Part shown: in pieces, positions 35,301 through 47,055 of the stretch
How positions within the stretch are numbered: the stretch's first letter is position 1
How the letters are laid out: each line of letters opens with the position of its first letter
Source: Camelus dromedarius
Taxonomy: Eukaryota
Direction of reading: 5' to 3'
DNA: 64,000 nt
Assembly: GCF_036321535.1 (NCBI RefSeq)
Contig: NC_087451.1
Location: 54,622,001-54,686,000 of the forward strand
The notes under the pieces: generated by a model
What the model saw: only the letters and a program-made list of their open reading frames with translations
Told to the model about the DNA's origin: nothing
Databases searched by the model: none
Position numbers and translations under genes: made by a program

Positions 35301-37154
35301 TCTTGGTGGCGGCTGAGGAAATGTGAGATCAGGCCCCTTCTCAGGAGTGCTGCTTGTTTTTCTAGTCAGGCAGCCTTGAACCTGGCTTTTGCCCAAGACA
35401 ACTTGATCGTTTGGAAGTATGGTTGGTTTGTTTGTTTGTTTGTTTTGTCACTAAGTGTCAGTCTTCAGAATTTTCTTGAGGAGTTGAACTGATGGTTGGA
35501 GTAACAGCATGAACTACGTGACATAGCTGTAACTCAAGATATTCCAAAGTAGGGGACATGGACCATTTCCTCCTGGTGCCAATGGCATCAGAGAGAATGA
35601 CAGAGAGAGAATAACAGAGCTGTTGCTGCCCTTTGGATGGAAGATGCTGCCAATGTAGGGTTAGCCGCTGTGTCCAGTGACCAGAGGTGACACTGAACTA
35701 CTGACTCCCCCTGCATTTCTCACTTAACAGAAGCCCTGCATTTTAAGAGCTCAGCTCAGGGGCCCTTCTTCACATCCTGGGCTTATCATCTCATTCCTGG
35801 CTCTCCCTGTTCCCCTTTCTGAGGAAGTTCACTTTGATTCTGGGCCTTTATTCTGCAGATTGGATGGTGATGGGATGGGTGGGAGAATAGGAGAGGCCAG
35901 CTAAGTTTATCCTGGGGGAGAAAAATAAGTATGGGAAGGTAACAGCTGAGCCTAGGGGGAGTTTGGAAGGTTTGGAATGGGATGGGAGTCTGGCAGCAGT
36001 TGTCTTATGTGAGAGATGGGTAAAGTTAAAGAAGATACCAGGATGTTTCACTGTCCACTGGGTATCATCTTCTGGTTCCCCTTCCCTGCAGCTGCCACCT
36101 TCTCCAATACCCTGATATTGTGAAGAACACAGCAATAAAGACAGACATCCTTTTCTTCTGGATATGGGGCTATTTCTTTGAATGGGACACCATATGCAGC
36201 AGTGACTGCAAGCCTAGCTTCAGTCATGTGAAACTCTTGTTGGAAGCGGGTTCTGTGTCTTATTCATCTTCTGCTCTGTCCCCCACCCGCACCCTAGTGC
36301 TATGCCGGCACACCAAGACATGGGCCCACGCATGTTTGCTGAAAACCATGCAGAAGGTCAATGACAGCCAAGCCAGAAGTGGAAGTGGCCGTGGAGGAAG
36401 GTCCTCTGGGCTGGAATCACCTTTGGGCCTGAATGGGAGGCAACCATACTGGAATAAGAATTCACATGGGGAGGAGTACTGGTGAGGGGAGAACCCAGAA
36501 TGCCTTGTGGAGGCTGGAGGAGAGGCCGCAGTGTAAGATGCAGTGGTTCTCAGCCAGAGCCGGAGTTTTGTGAGCCTGAATCACTTGGGCAAACTTTTTA
36601 AATCTCACACTCAGCTCAAGACTAAGATATCCTCCTAAAATCTCGAGGGGTTGGGTAGGGGAGAGGGGGTGGTAAAGATGGTGGACAAAACTGAGATGCA
36701 TCTGATGGGTCCTTGCCCTCCTCCTCAGGCCTATACCCACTCAATACCGCTCCCAAGCAAGGACCCTGGGTTTGAGTATAATCTATTTATGCTTTATGTC
36801 TCCTTCAAAAGAGGGAGAGGATTTTTTTTTTTTTTTTAATTTACCTCATGTAGGAATAGATGAGATAATGCATGGAAAATGCCTGGGACCTCTTCAGCAC
36901 TCAATAAACAGCCATGGGCACTAATTATTATCATCATTATTAGTGGCATTTTGAGGATGACTGAGAGCTTTTTGTCTTCCCAAAGGCAGAATGAAAAGAC
37001 TACAGGGGCCCTGTCACTGGAGGCGCAGAGAGGGCTGGGCTGGAGGGAGGAGGGATGTGGGAGGAGGGAGGGGGGTTGGGGGAGGGCAGGGCTCCTGGGC
37101 GGGTGATGGGGCGGGTGATGGGAGCAGGTGGAGCTGAGTGAGTTGCTGGGCTTT

Positions 37155-37173
37155 TCCTGCCACCTAGTGGCTC
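37155..37173 (-). promoter_or_regulatory. CTCF motif, reverse
   Basis: Reverse complement GAGCCACTAGGTGGCAGGA; 14/14 match to core CCASYAGRKGGCRS. Confidence 0.65.
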
Positions 37174-38559
37174 CTCTGGGCTAGGCCACCCAGCTGTCCC
37201 TTCGGGTCTGGGTGGCAGTGGGGCGAGGCTGGGCTTAAATATTCCTGAACACAGTATCTCTAGTCCTCTTCTGCTGCCCCCAATTAATGCCCTGCCCCCT
37301 CGGGGACCCTGACTCGGGATACATCCTCCGCATGGCCTTCGTGTGTGGGACAAGCCCCCTTTCTCCAGGTGGAATTTGGGGAAGCTTTTGTTTTCTTGGC
37401 TCGAAGGCAGAATGGGGGAGCTGAGGCAGACACCCTGGGGGGGCCATTCTCAGGCACCAACCCCACCTCCACTGGCTTGATGGCTGCTAGTGGTACACTT
37501 GCCCCAGGGGGATGCTGGGGCCCCCTGGCACTGGGGGCCCAGACCTGTCTCAGTGACTGCCTTGGGTTTTTATTTAATTCTATAAATATGTACTACTTTG
37601 TGCAGGTCCTGGGTGACGGTTCCCTCGAGCCTTCCAATCCCACCTTCTCCAGAGGATTTTGCCTTTGGTTCCCAGGATGAGAGGAAGAGGGCACAGAGGC
37701 CTGCTGGTGAAGGGCCCAGTGGGGGCATCGGAGTCACCTTGGTGTCTGGATCTCTCATCATCTCCCTCCCTCTGTGAGGCAGTGCCCTCCCCTCTGAGGA
37801 GGCTGCCTGGAATGATGTCCCAGTTGCATCATTTTTGCCTCCTATTTTGAAGGCAGCTGTGACTATTTGGGGAGGGGTCTGACCCTGGGTGAGGGGCTTC
37901 AGGAGGTGGCCAGGAGCCACAGGAAGGAGTCACATGTTGGGCTGGGAATCCAAGGTCCAGTATCCACAGGCCCCTCGCATCTGCCCTGATGCCCCTGCCT
38001 TCCCCACCCCCAACACCCACTTTTCCTTCCCAGGGCCTTGCAGCCTCAGCTGCACCAGGCCAGGATTGCATCATTCTTGGCTTTGTTCACAGAGCAGCAG
38101 GTGGAGGAGTGGGGCCCGCTGCCCACCACCCCCCTTCCCTCTCATCTCCTTGTACTCCCTCCTGAGTAATCCTCCTCCTTCCTCTCTTCTCAGGCTCACA
38201 GCAGGCACCCAGGGAGTTGTCTGCCTTACCCAGTGGCTCTCAGCTCCCTTTCCACCTTCTCCTGCTCCCCAGGGAGCCCCGGAGGCTACAGAGGCAAAGA
38301 GAAGGAGGCTGGGGGGTGGAGCAGGGATCAGCACTAGGCTGAAAATTGCTCTTCATTTCTGCTCCTGGTACAGCTGAAGGCAGGTACCACCCTGGAAAGG
38401 AGCACCTGGTTGGAGCCGGGGTATGACCTCCCAGAATTTGGAAACAAGGTCAGAAATTGTCACCTATTGAACTAAAGCTAATAATAATTGACAGAAGATG
38501 AATTCATTCAATTCTGTGTTGAAAGTACTTAACTTTTATTGATCATTTATAGACCTGTC

Positions 38560-38750
38560 AGTGAACCAAACATTTTATACTCACATTTCAATTAATCTTT
38601 CATCAGCTCTGTGACATGGTCCTATTATCATTCCTGGTTTACTGATGCAGATGCTGAAGCTCAGAGAGGTGAGAATACCTGCCCAGGTCCACAGAGCTGA
38701 ATGGCAGCTCTGGGATTTAAATCTTGGTCTGTCTCCCTCCAGCATGACTC
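38560..38750 (-). mobile_element. MIR SINE
   Basis: attatcattcctggtttactgatg...gaagctcagagaggtgagaatacctgcccaggtccacagagct. Confidence 0.7.
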
Positions 38751-40949
38751 CAAGCATCTCAATGAGATGGAAAATATAATGCTGACCAGACTTCAACATT
38801 TTTTTACCCCCCAAAAGGAGACTTTTGCCCAAGACACTCTTCAAGAGGTAAGACTGTCCTCTTTTAATCTTATGAAGAAGGTAAAATAAGACACCTGCTG
38901 AATGACCTGAGCTGGGCCCTGCCCCCAACCCCACTGCTGCCCCTCTGAGGTACTGCTGTTGCTGAAGGTTCTGACCCATGTCAGGTGTAGAAACTGGAGG
39001 CAGGGTAGGAGCTGGTCATAGAGGTAGACTGTCAGGGAAGAGGGGGACCCCCCCCCCCAGGCTGCAGAGATGGTGGGCAGGACCATTCCTTCCATTCACT
39101 GGGATTTTCTGTTTGTGAAGCTTCCTGTAGTGTGCAGGGTGTGTTGATAAAATTGCTTTGGGGTGTAGAAATCTGGCAACCATAACTTGGGCTAGTAGGA
39201 GTCAACTCCTCAGGGCCAGATCAGCATCTCTGGGGACAGACAGTTCTCAACCTTGCAAAGCCCAAGCCTAGACCTTAGGCCTGGCCAAGCAGCAGCGGTT
39301 TCAGAGGCCAGCATGGGTGCCACTACCCCTGGGCCACTTCCTCCTCCTTGTTTTCACTTCCCAGTGGCTGTTTCAGCCCTGAAAGGGAGCCAGAGGGAAA
39401 CCAACTGGGAAGAATGGAGCCCAAGGCCCAGCTCCACCACAGCCTGGGAGAGGGCGGGTCAGGCTCTGGGGGACATTTTTGCTTGCTAACACTCTTCTCT
39501 GTCTCCTGTCTATTTAGCCCAGGACAGACTCCGTCTGAAGGGACAAAGAGCTCCATTGACCCCACAGCCTTGTGACCCCACCCAAGTCTGCCCCTCCCCT
39601 CCCTGGGCAGCCAGCAGGGCATTCACTCGGGTAGCAGACAGGGGCCATGAGGCCGCTGAGAGGGCATGGCAGGGAAGCCAAGAGAGGCGGCAGCCAGCTA
39701 GGCGGGGAAGACTGGGAGCGTTTGGGTAGTGCCCTCCAGATCCCTGAGAGGAGTGGTGGCCAAGGATGAGGGGCTGCCGGGACTCCTGGTGGCAGTCTCA
39801 GGAGCAAAGCAGCAAGTACCCTGAGGGGCCAAAGCATGGGATGGCTGGGGAAGTCCAACCTCAGCCCCAAATTGGGCTGCCCGGGAGCTCAGGGCCTCCC
39901 CAGCCTGCATTCCTGCCTTTCTCCCTCTAGCATGCCCCCCTACACCCAGCCTATAAAGCCCCCTTTGTCTGGGCCCACTGAGGATCTTAACTCTTCCCAT
40001 GTCAGCTTCCAGCCCCCTGCCCCCTTACCCTCTGGTGCCTGACAAAGAGGCCAGCGTGCAGTGAGAAGTGTGAAATCCCTTCATGCCGCCTGGGCAATGG
40101 CCCCAGGGGGTTTGGGCAGCCAGCCCTGCTTACCGATGTCCCTACCCCACTGCCTGCCTCAGGACAGGTTAATTCTCACCTCTGTCCACTCCAGGACTCT
40201 ACACGCCTTCCCTGGGCAGCATGCCTGCCTCTCACTTGCCGCTCATGTGATAGTCCCCTCAGTTTGGCCCTGCCCTGACAGGGGCAGGACAGACAGGTGC
40301 CACCCGCAGTGGAGGAGGGGTTGTCAGTGGAGGAGGCAGTCTTTTTGTCACCTCCTTGATCATCACCAGAGTTGGCTCTACCGCCCACAAGTCAGGTTCC
40401 CAGCTGGTATCTGGAGCTTCAGGTGACCCTTTTCTGGCAATGAACAAACAGTTCAGCCCCTCCTCCTGCTTGGCACATGCCTGGGGCATAGCACACCGTG
40501 GGCGACAGGAATCTCCATTCCTGCTCCCCACACCCACTGAAGGGCCTCAGAACACATTTGAAGAGAGGCTGGATCCTGGCAACAAAGAGTGGCCCCTCCC
40601 CACCAGCTCGGGGTGTCCTTGGGGTCACAGGGCTCAGAACCCTACTCAGAAGGGTGGAGTCTCCCTGTGGTCAAGGCTCTATCGGTACATTTGTTCCGCT
40701 TTCAGGCAATCGCAGTGGTCTGGGTCATGAGGTCAGCTCTGTCACCAAGCTGCTGTGTGACCGTGGGCAAGTCCCTTTGTGGCCTCTGTAAAATAAGCGG
40801 GGGGGGGGTGGGTTGGGGTTGGGAGGCAGGGTGGTGCTTCAGGTCAGATAACCTCAGAAATCAGGAGAGGGGCTGCCCTTGCAGGGGATCTTCTCTGGAC
40901 TAACGGTGCTCCCAGGACAGGCAGAACAGGGGGTGCTGGCAATGTATGG

Positions 40950-41400
40950 ATGTGTGAGGAATGTGTGAGTGTGAGGTTCGATGTGTGTGTGTGGTTGAGA
41001 GTGTGTGTGAGCGCGGTGTCTCTAACCGCGGGTGGAGTGGGGAGGGGAGTAAGGGGCGGGGCGGGGGCGGGGCCTGCGGGGCGGGGCGGAGCGGGGCGGG
41101 GGTCTGGGCGGCTGACACCAGGCGCTCCTCGCCCGCGGCGGTGCCCGGGTGCTAACACCGACCCGGCCAGGCGCATGGAGAGGCCGCCGCCCCCGGCGCC
41201 CCCCGGGGCTGGCGAGGCGAGGACCGCATAGCGGGCGGCAGCATGGAGCAGGTCAGCCGGCGGGGGCGTGGGACGAGTCTGGGAGGGAAGGGCGGGGGGC
41301 GTGAGGACGGATGAGGGTGGGCGCGCCTAGAGGAGGGTGCCGGCCACCGTGGGAGGGGTTGGGGCTCTGGAGCTCCAGGCGGGGCCGGAGCTCTGGGGAA
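40950..41400 (+). promoter_or_regulatory. ARHGAP23: CpG island with clustered Sp1 GC boxes; candidate upstream ARHGAP23 promoter
   Basis: At least five GGGGCGG boxes in 41052-41100, dense CpG, followed by a strong-Kozak ATG and a splice donor. Confidence 0.7.
41243..41251 (+). CDS. ARHGAP23: Candidate alternative ARHGAP23 first coding exon (MEQ, phase 0)
   Basis: ggcagcATGGAGCAG|GTCAGC: A at -3, G at +4, phase-0 donor equal to the canonical exon 1 phase. Confidence 0.5.
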
Positions 41401-41433
41401 GGGGTAGGGCTGCTGTGACACAGAGCTGGTGTG

Positions 41434-41436
<3 letters not shown>

Positions 41437-41492
<56 letters not shown>
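41437..41492. repeat. (AC)28 microsatellite
   Basis: Directly visible perfect dinucleotide run. Confidence 0.97.
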
Positions 41493-41497
<5 letters not shown>

Positions 41498-44029
41498 TGA
41501 GTACTCCCCCACGACTGATATAGAGGGAGGCGCTCACCGAGTGCTCACACACTCCCTCCCCACCCCAGCTCCAGAAGGGGAGCGTTTAGAAACCCCCCTC
41601 CCCACTCGATAAGGTTTCAGCCCCTTCCAGGATCCTAGCAGGCTCTGCATTATGAAGGAGTGACAGGAGGTGGGGGTGGCTCTCCGAGGCCATGTAACTA
41701 CCGCTGACCCTCCAGACACGCCCCTGGTGGGACCTCGGGATACAGCTGCCCCTCCCCCCCCATATCAAGGGGCTTCTCCCCGCTAGGCTCCCCCTCCTTT
41801 CCCAGTTACAGCAGCTGCAGCAGCTGCTGCCACCATTTCATGGCAGTGAAAAGATGGGGTGGGCTGGGCAGCTTCTCCACATGCTCCCCAAATACAGACC
41901 TGCAGCCCCAGCGAGGCCCCAGGGGCTGTCTTTCTTTCACCCAGGCTCCATGAGAGGGGGTAGGAGTGATGGCCCCCTCTGGTCAAAGCTCCTCACTCCC
42001 TCCACAGAGCTTAGCAAATTCTGGACAAGAGGAACCAGTCCCCCTAAGTGAGTGGGGGGGCTCTCTATCCTGACTTGCAGCCCCCTGCTCTAAGAGGGGC
42101 AACAACCTCATGTGGGCTGGAGAGAGGGGGGCTGCTTTGCTCCCTTCCTAATGCCCACTTGGTGAGAGGTCTTGGGGGGTTTTCTGTCCCTGGGTGTTCC
42201 TTTAAGTGCTGAGCTTGTCTGCATTCCCAGGCTCTGCCTAAAGCAGCAGCCTGGGGCCCTGGGCTCTGAGACCCCTCGGTTCCAAGACAACCTCCCACCC
42301 CTGCTCTGTGGCAGACAGGTTCTTATGTTGCTGGTGATGGTTGGTGAGGAGAAGCCTGGGGAGGGGTGGAGTTGGGGGATGGGTGATCCTAAGTTCTGAG
42401 GGTTGGAGAGGAGCTCTGAGGAAGCATGAAGTGCTCTGGGCTTCTTCCCTGGGCTGGGCGTGTTGTTTGGGGAGGGCTGTGGGCTGATCTAGTCTCCAGG
42501 CCTGCTGGGCATCTTGGCTGTTAATTTAAATGGCCAGTGGCAGTTCCCTGGAGCACCAGGCCTGACTGGGGGAAGGGGACTCCATTCACCTTTCTCTACT
42601 GTTGTTGTCATTGCTGACTCTACCCTTAACTCTACTCTGAGCACAAAAAGGGGAGGTTCGGAGGACAGTACTAAATGCCACTGAATTACTCACATTAAAA
42701 TAATTAAATTTATATTATGTGAGTTTCACCTCCACTAAAAAAAAGGGACGGACAGGGCTTGGGGACACCACTACTTTCTGCCTAGCGGGCCCTAAACACA
42801 TCTCACTGGGCCTGCTGCTCCGGCTGAGTTGCTCCTCCATCAGATTTGGGTACTTCTTCTGGAGGTCAGGTGTTTCCCCTTTCCCAGGAGCACAGCCTGG
42901 CTCCCCTGTGCCCTGGCATCCTGCAAGGGAGAACAGACCACGGAGGAGAGTCAGGACATCAGGCTCCTGCCCTGGCCACATCAAAGGGACGCTGGGAGGT
43001 CTTGGACATCTGTCTTCTTTCCAGGCTGCTGTGAAATCCCAGTCAGCTGTGCTGAGTGGTGGCTTTCCAGGTCCTTTCTAGATGTCCTAAGACACCTCTG
43101 CTGAGAAGCACAGCAGCCAGCCTGTCCCCTGGACTGTGAGACAGTGAGACAACCCCCCTCACCCCACAAGGGGACTCTGATGATCAGCACAACCACGGAG
43201 TTGCCTGGGCTGATGTCAGCGCCTTAAGGCATCCACAGCCCTACCCGCCCTGTGGGTGTTGCCAGCTTTCTGGATATGCTGGATGCATGGTGTGTATGGG
43301 GTGCTTCTGAAATCAGAGCTTCTTTCACCACAATGGGGGAAGCTCCTATTTTAAGTTTCCCATGTGCCGAGCCCTCTTGTAAAAGCAAAGAATCCTTTTA
43401 TAGTGCAAAGACCGCCCTGTTGTGTCTGTTTGGTATGTGTGGATTTTGGCATGTAGGGTTTCCTTAAAGGGGAGCATGCCTGGAATCTCTCACAGGGGCT
43501 GGAATGGCAGGGCGGGGTTGGTGCCAGGACTGAGGGGCTTGCCCCACTGTGGTCAGTGCCCTGCCCCTCTTTTCTCTCCATTTCACTCCCCTCACCCCCT
43601 CCCAGGGCTGGCTCAGGGCCAGACAGGAGAGGGGAGCAGCTGCCGGGGATTTCCAGAGCTTCCATGGGGGAGATGGAAGCCACCCCTCCCTTCCTCCTTT
43701 CACCCCTCCTCTCTGATCCCCTCCTGCCTCCTTCTCTTCCCCTCTTCTATGTTCCCCTCCTCTCTCCTCCTCTCCTTTACCCTCCTCTCCCCACCCTCCT
43801 GGAAGGGCAGGGAGGCCTGGAGAGTAGAACAACCCCTCCTCTGTGCAGGGATGTGTGGGAAGTTGGAGGGGAGGCGGGCAGGGTCTGTGGGACTGTTGCA
43901 GAGCAGGGCTGCAGGTCAGGTGCTGGCAGAATTTAAAAGCCCTTACATAGAACCATCGAATTTAGCGTCTTGGAGCTGGAAAGGACTACCTGACTTAGCT
44001 CCTTCTAGAGGGATCATGCTTCATAGAAG

Positions 44030-44200
44030 AGTAAGGGCTTAGTGTCAGTCTTCAGCAAGTTACCTAACCTCTCTGGGCCTGTTTCCTCATTTATATAGGG
44101 AGGCTAATAATATCTAACTTGAGTAAATGTCGTCATGAGTAAAAGAAATAATGCTTGTAAAGAGCTTGGCACATAGGAGGTGCTCAACATATTTTAATTC
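44030..44200 (+). mobile_element. MIR SINE
   Basis: gcaagttacctaacctctctgggcctgtttcctcattt...ttggcacataggaggtgctcaa. Confidence 0.75.
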
Positions 44201-45699
44201 ATTTCCTCTCCATCTTGGTGTTTTCAAGCCCCTGCTAGGTGATGTCACAGTCCTTAGAAGTCACCTGTTAGCCTTGCACACATGCTCACACACAGTCCGT
44301 GCCACCGAGTTTTCAGTTGCTGGGGTGTCACACAGTGGAGAGCCTGCGGGGCTGAGACCCCGGCCCAGAGCCTCTTCCTCTTCCCAAACTGTGACATAGG
44401 TTTCCCACACATGGTCCCCTGAGGGGCTGCCAGTTGAGAGCGGCAGGGGTGGGGCATCTCTCATCCACCCCCTGTTTTGACACCAGGGTTTTGCTGGGTG
44501 TGGCTTGCTTGCCCTGCTGCCAGCCCAGAGAAGCTGCAGCCTCTCGCTCCAGTCCCAAGGTTGCCGGGCTGGGGCCCTAGCTGTTTGGCAGGTGGCTGAT
44601 GCCCCTCAGCCCCAGCCTGGCCAGGGGTCTGTAGCCTTCCTCTTCGAGGAGTGTTCAGGTGGGATTCCTCAGGGACGTGGCAGCAGGGCTGAGGGTAGGG
44701 ACAGGCATGGTCTTGAGTGGACCGTTGCCCCACCCTTCACCGGTAAAGAAGCTTGACGAGGTCCCCTCAATGGGATGCTTGGGGCTTTGCCAGAGCTGGG
44801 CCCCAGCCCCTCCTCAGCTCTCTGCCTCCTGCCTGTTGAAGGCCTTCAAAATCTAGGCCGAACACTACCCACCAAGGCCCCTGCCTTCTCCCCTCGTTGT
44901 GGAAGTCTCCCTCCTGGCTTGCTTAGTGCTCTGCTTGTGGCCCCACTGCAGCCATCCCAGCCAGCCTTTGCTGTGCTTCTTACCCTCCCTGGGCTCCTTG
45001 AGGACAAGCACACTGCCTGGTTCACTCCCGACTCCCCCACATAGCAGTTTGGGAGTAGCCAGCACTCAATAAACATCTTTTGACTTGACTGAACTGGGCC
45101 CCCCACCTGCTTTGGAGATGAAAACTTAGTTGGGCAGGGGTTGCTTTGAGGGTACAAGCAGAGGATCTGGGGATGGAAAGCCAGAGGCCGAGAATGGGTC
45201 AGGTCTCTCTCCTCCACCCTTCTCTCCAGTCCTCCCCTCCTGCCCTTCTCCACCAGGGGGTGCTCTTTTCCCTTCTGTGGAAGGATGGGAATCTGTGGCC
45301 AGCTTTATAGCCACTTACATGGCCACCAGCCTTATAACCCACCTTTCATCCATTGCTTTGAATCCATTGTCAAATGTGAGCCCGCAGTTGGAGGCAGGCA
45401 TAGATGATTGTTTTCATCTTACAGAGGGTGAATCTGAGGTTCAGGGAATGTACTTTTCCTCAAAGACATTTGCTCCCAGGTGGGCGGGATGGGAACTTGA
45501 ACCCAGGTCCTTGGACTTTTGGTTCAGTGCTCCTTGGTGACATCATACAACTCCTTGCCAGCTCCTGGGCTAGGCCTGATCCTGACCCTGGACTACTCTG
45601 GTCTGGGGACTCCTTGACATCCCTCCATTCCTCCCCTCCAGCCCTACCTCTGGGGAAGATGTGTTCTTCCTCTGGCACTCAACTCTGGGTTCTTTTCCC

Positions 45700-47055
45700 T
45701 CTACTCCACTCATCACCCCCTCAGGCTCTCTCTCCCTTGGCTTCCGCTCCCCAACCAAAAAGTCTGCTTAAGTATCCCCCACCCCAATGGAACCGTGCCC
45801 TCGCCCTGACTCACCTGTGCTGCTGGCTGTCCCTTCCTGCTAAGTCTCTCAGTGACTCAATTCCATTTCTTCACCCTTGATGCTCTTCCTCACTGCAGTC
45901 TGGCCTCTGCCACACCCATCCTCTGCCCAATTCAGGGCCACGTCCTCCGGCTCTCAGTCTCCCCAATCCTCCTTGCTGCCTCTTCCTTCCTCACCTGCCC
46001 CGAAAGGTGGGTGCTCCTCGGGTCTCGGCTCACATCTGGTCTCCTCTCTGCACGGTCCCTGGAGAGCCTGAACTACACTCCTGTTCCACCGATGACTTCA
46101 AAGTCCTGTCTCTTCAGGGAGATGGACCCTGGGTTTAAGTTGCCAATCACTACTCCTCTAGCAACACAGCATGGGGGTTAAATGTGTGGACTCTGAGCCC
46201 AAATGCTTGGGTTCACTTTCTACACGGACTTGAGTGAAATACTGAGGCTCTCTGGGCCTCAGTTTCCTTATCCATAAAAAGAGGATTATAGTATTTATTT
46301 CAAAACCCCTTTGTAAGGCTAAATTGGAATAAAATATGAAAAGATTACTTAGACCAGTGTCTGGTATGTCTCCTCTCCCCAAGAACACTCTGCCTAATAT
46401 TCTGAGCCAGAAACCTTGGAGTTATTCTAGACTCTTCCATCTCCTTCCTCCAACACCCAGTTGGTCACCAGGATCTGGGGGCTTCTGATGTTTGATGCCC
46501 CCTGCCCGGGTGCCATGCCCCCCACCCCTGTCTCCTTGCCCCCCCAACACACCCCGTTCTTTTCCACATCCTACCACAGTGGCCACGACACATCTCCGCT
46601 TACATCCCTGCCCCAAGCCAGGCTAGAATCTAAGCGCCTCAGGCCCAGTCACTTCACTCCACGGTGACATTCCCACCGGCATTTCCTTCCTCATCCCTCC
46701 GTGCTTCCTGCCCACGAACCTTCCGCTGGGCTCCGGCCACACTGCTGGAGTCTGCTCTCTCCTGCCTCCCTGCCTTTGTCCATGACAGTGTTTCTCCCTG
46801 GAGTGTTTTACCCCCATTGCCCATCCCACCCCATCCACGAAACCCTCAAAAGCTCATGGCCACCTGCTTCTGGAAGCCTTCCTCTGCTTCTCCAGCCTTC
46901 CATGGCTCCTTTCCTGGGATCTCAGCTAGCGTCAGGATTGGTAAGACCAGGGTCCCTCAAGGGAAGGAGCTAGACCTTATTTCCGTATCCCCAGGGGCAA
47001 CCTCCGCTCTCCCTCCCAGTGGTATATTAGGGCTCCTGATAAACATTTGTGAATG
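45700..47055 (+). mobile_element. Long degenerate L2 interrupted by a MIR (~46160-46370)
   Basis: Pyrimidine-rich L2-like body (aaaccttggagttattctagactcttcc), terminal ctgataaacatttgtgaatga; nested MIR gggcctcagtttccttatccataaaa. Confidence 0.55.

Noticed and set aside
43183-43205. REST/RE1-like atcagcacaaccacggagttgcc
   Set aside because: Spacing and right half-site deviate too far from TTCAGCACCNNGGACAGCGCC.
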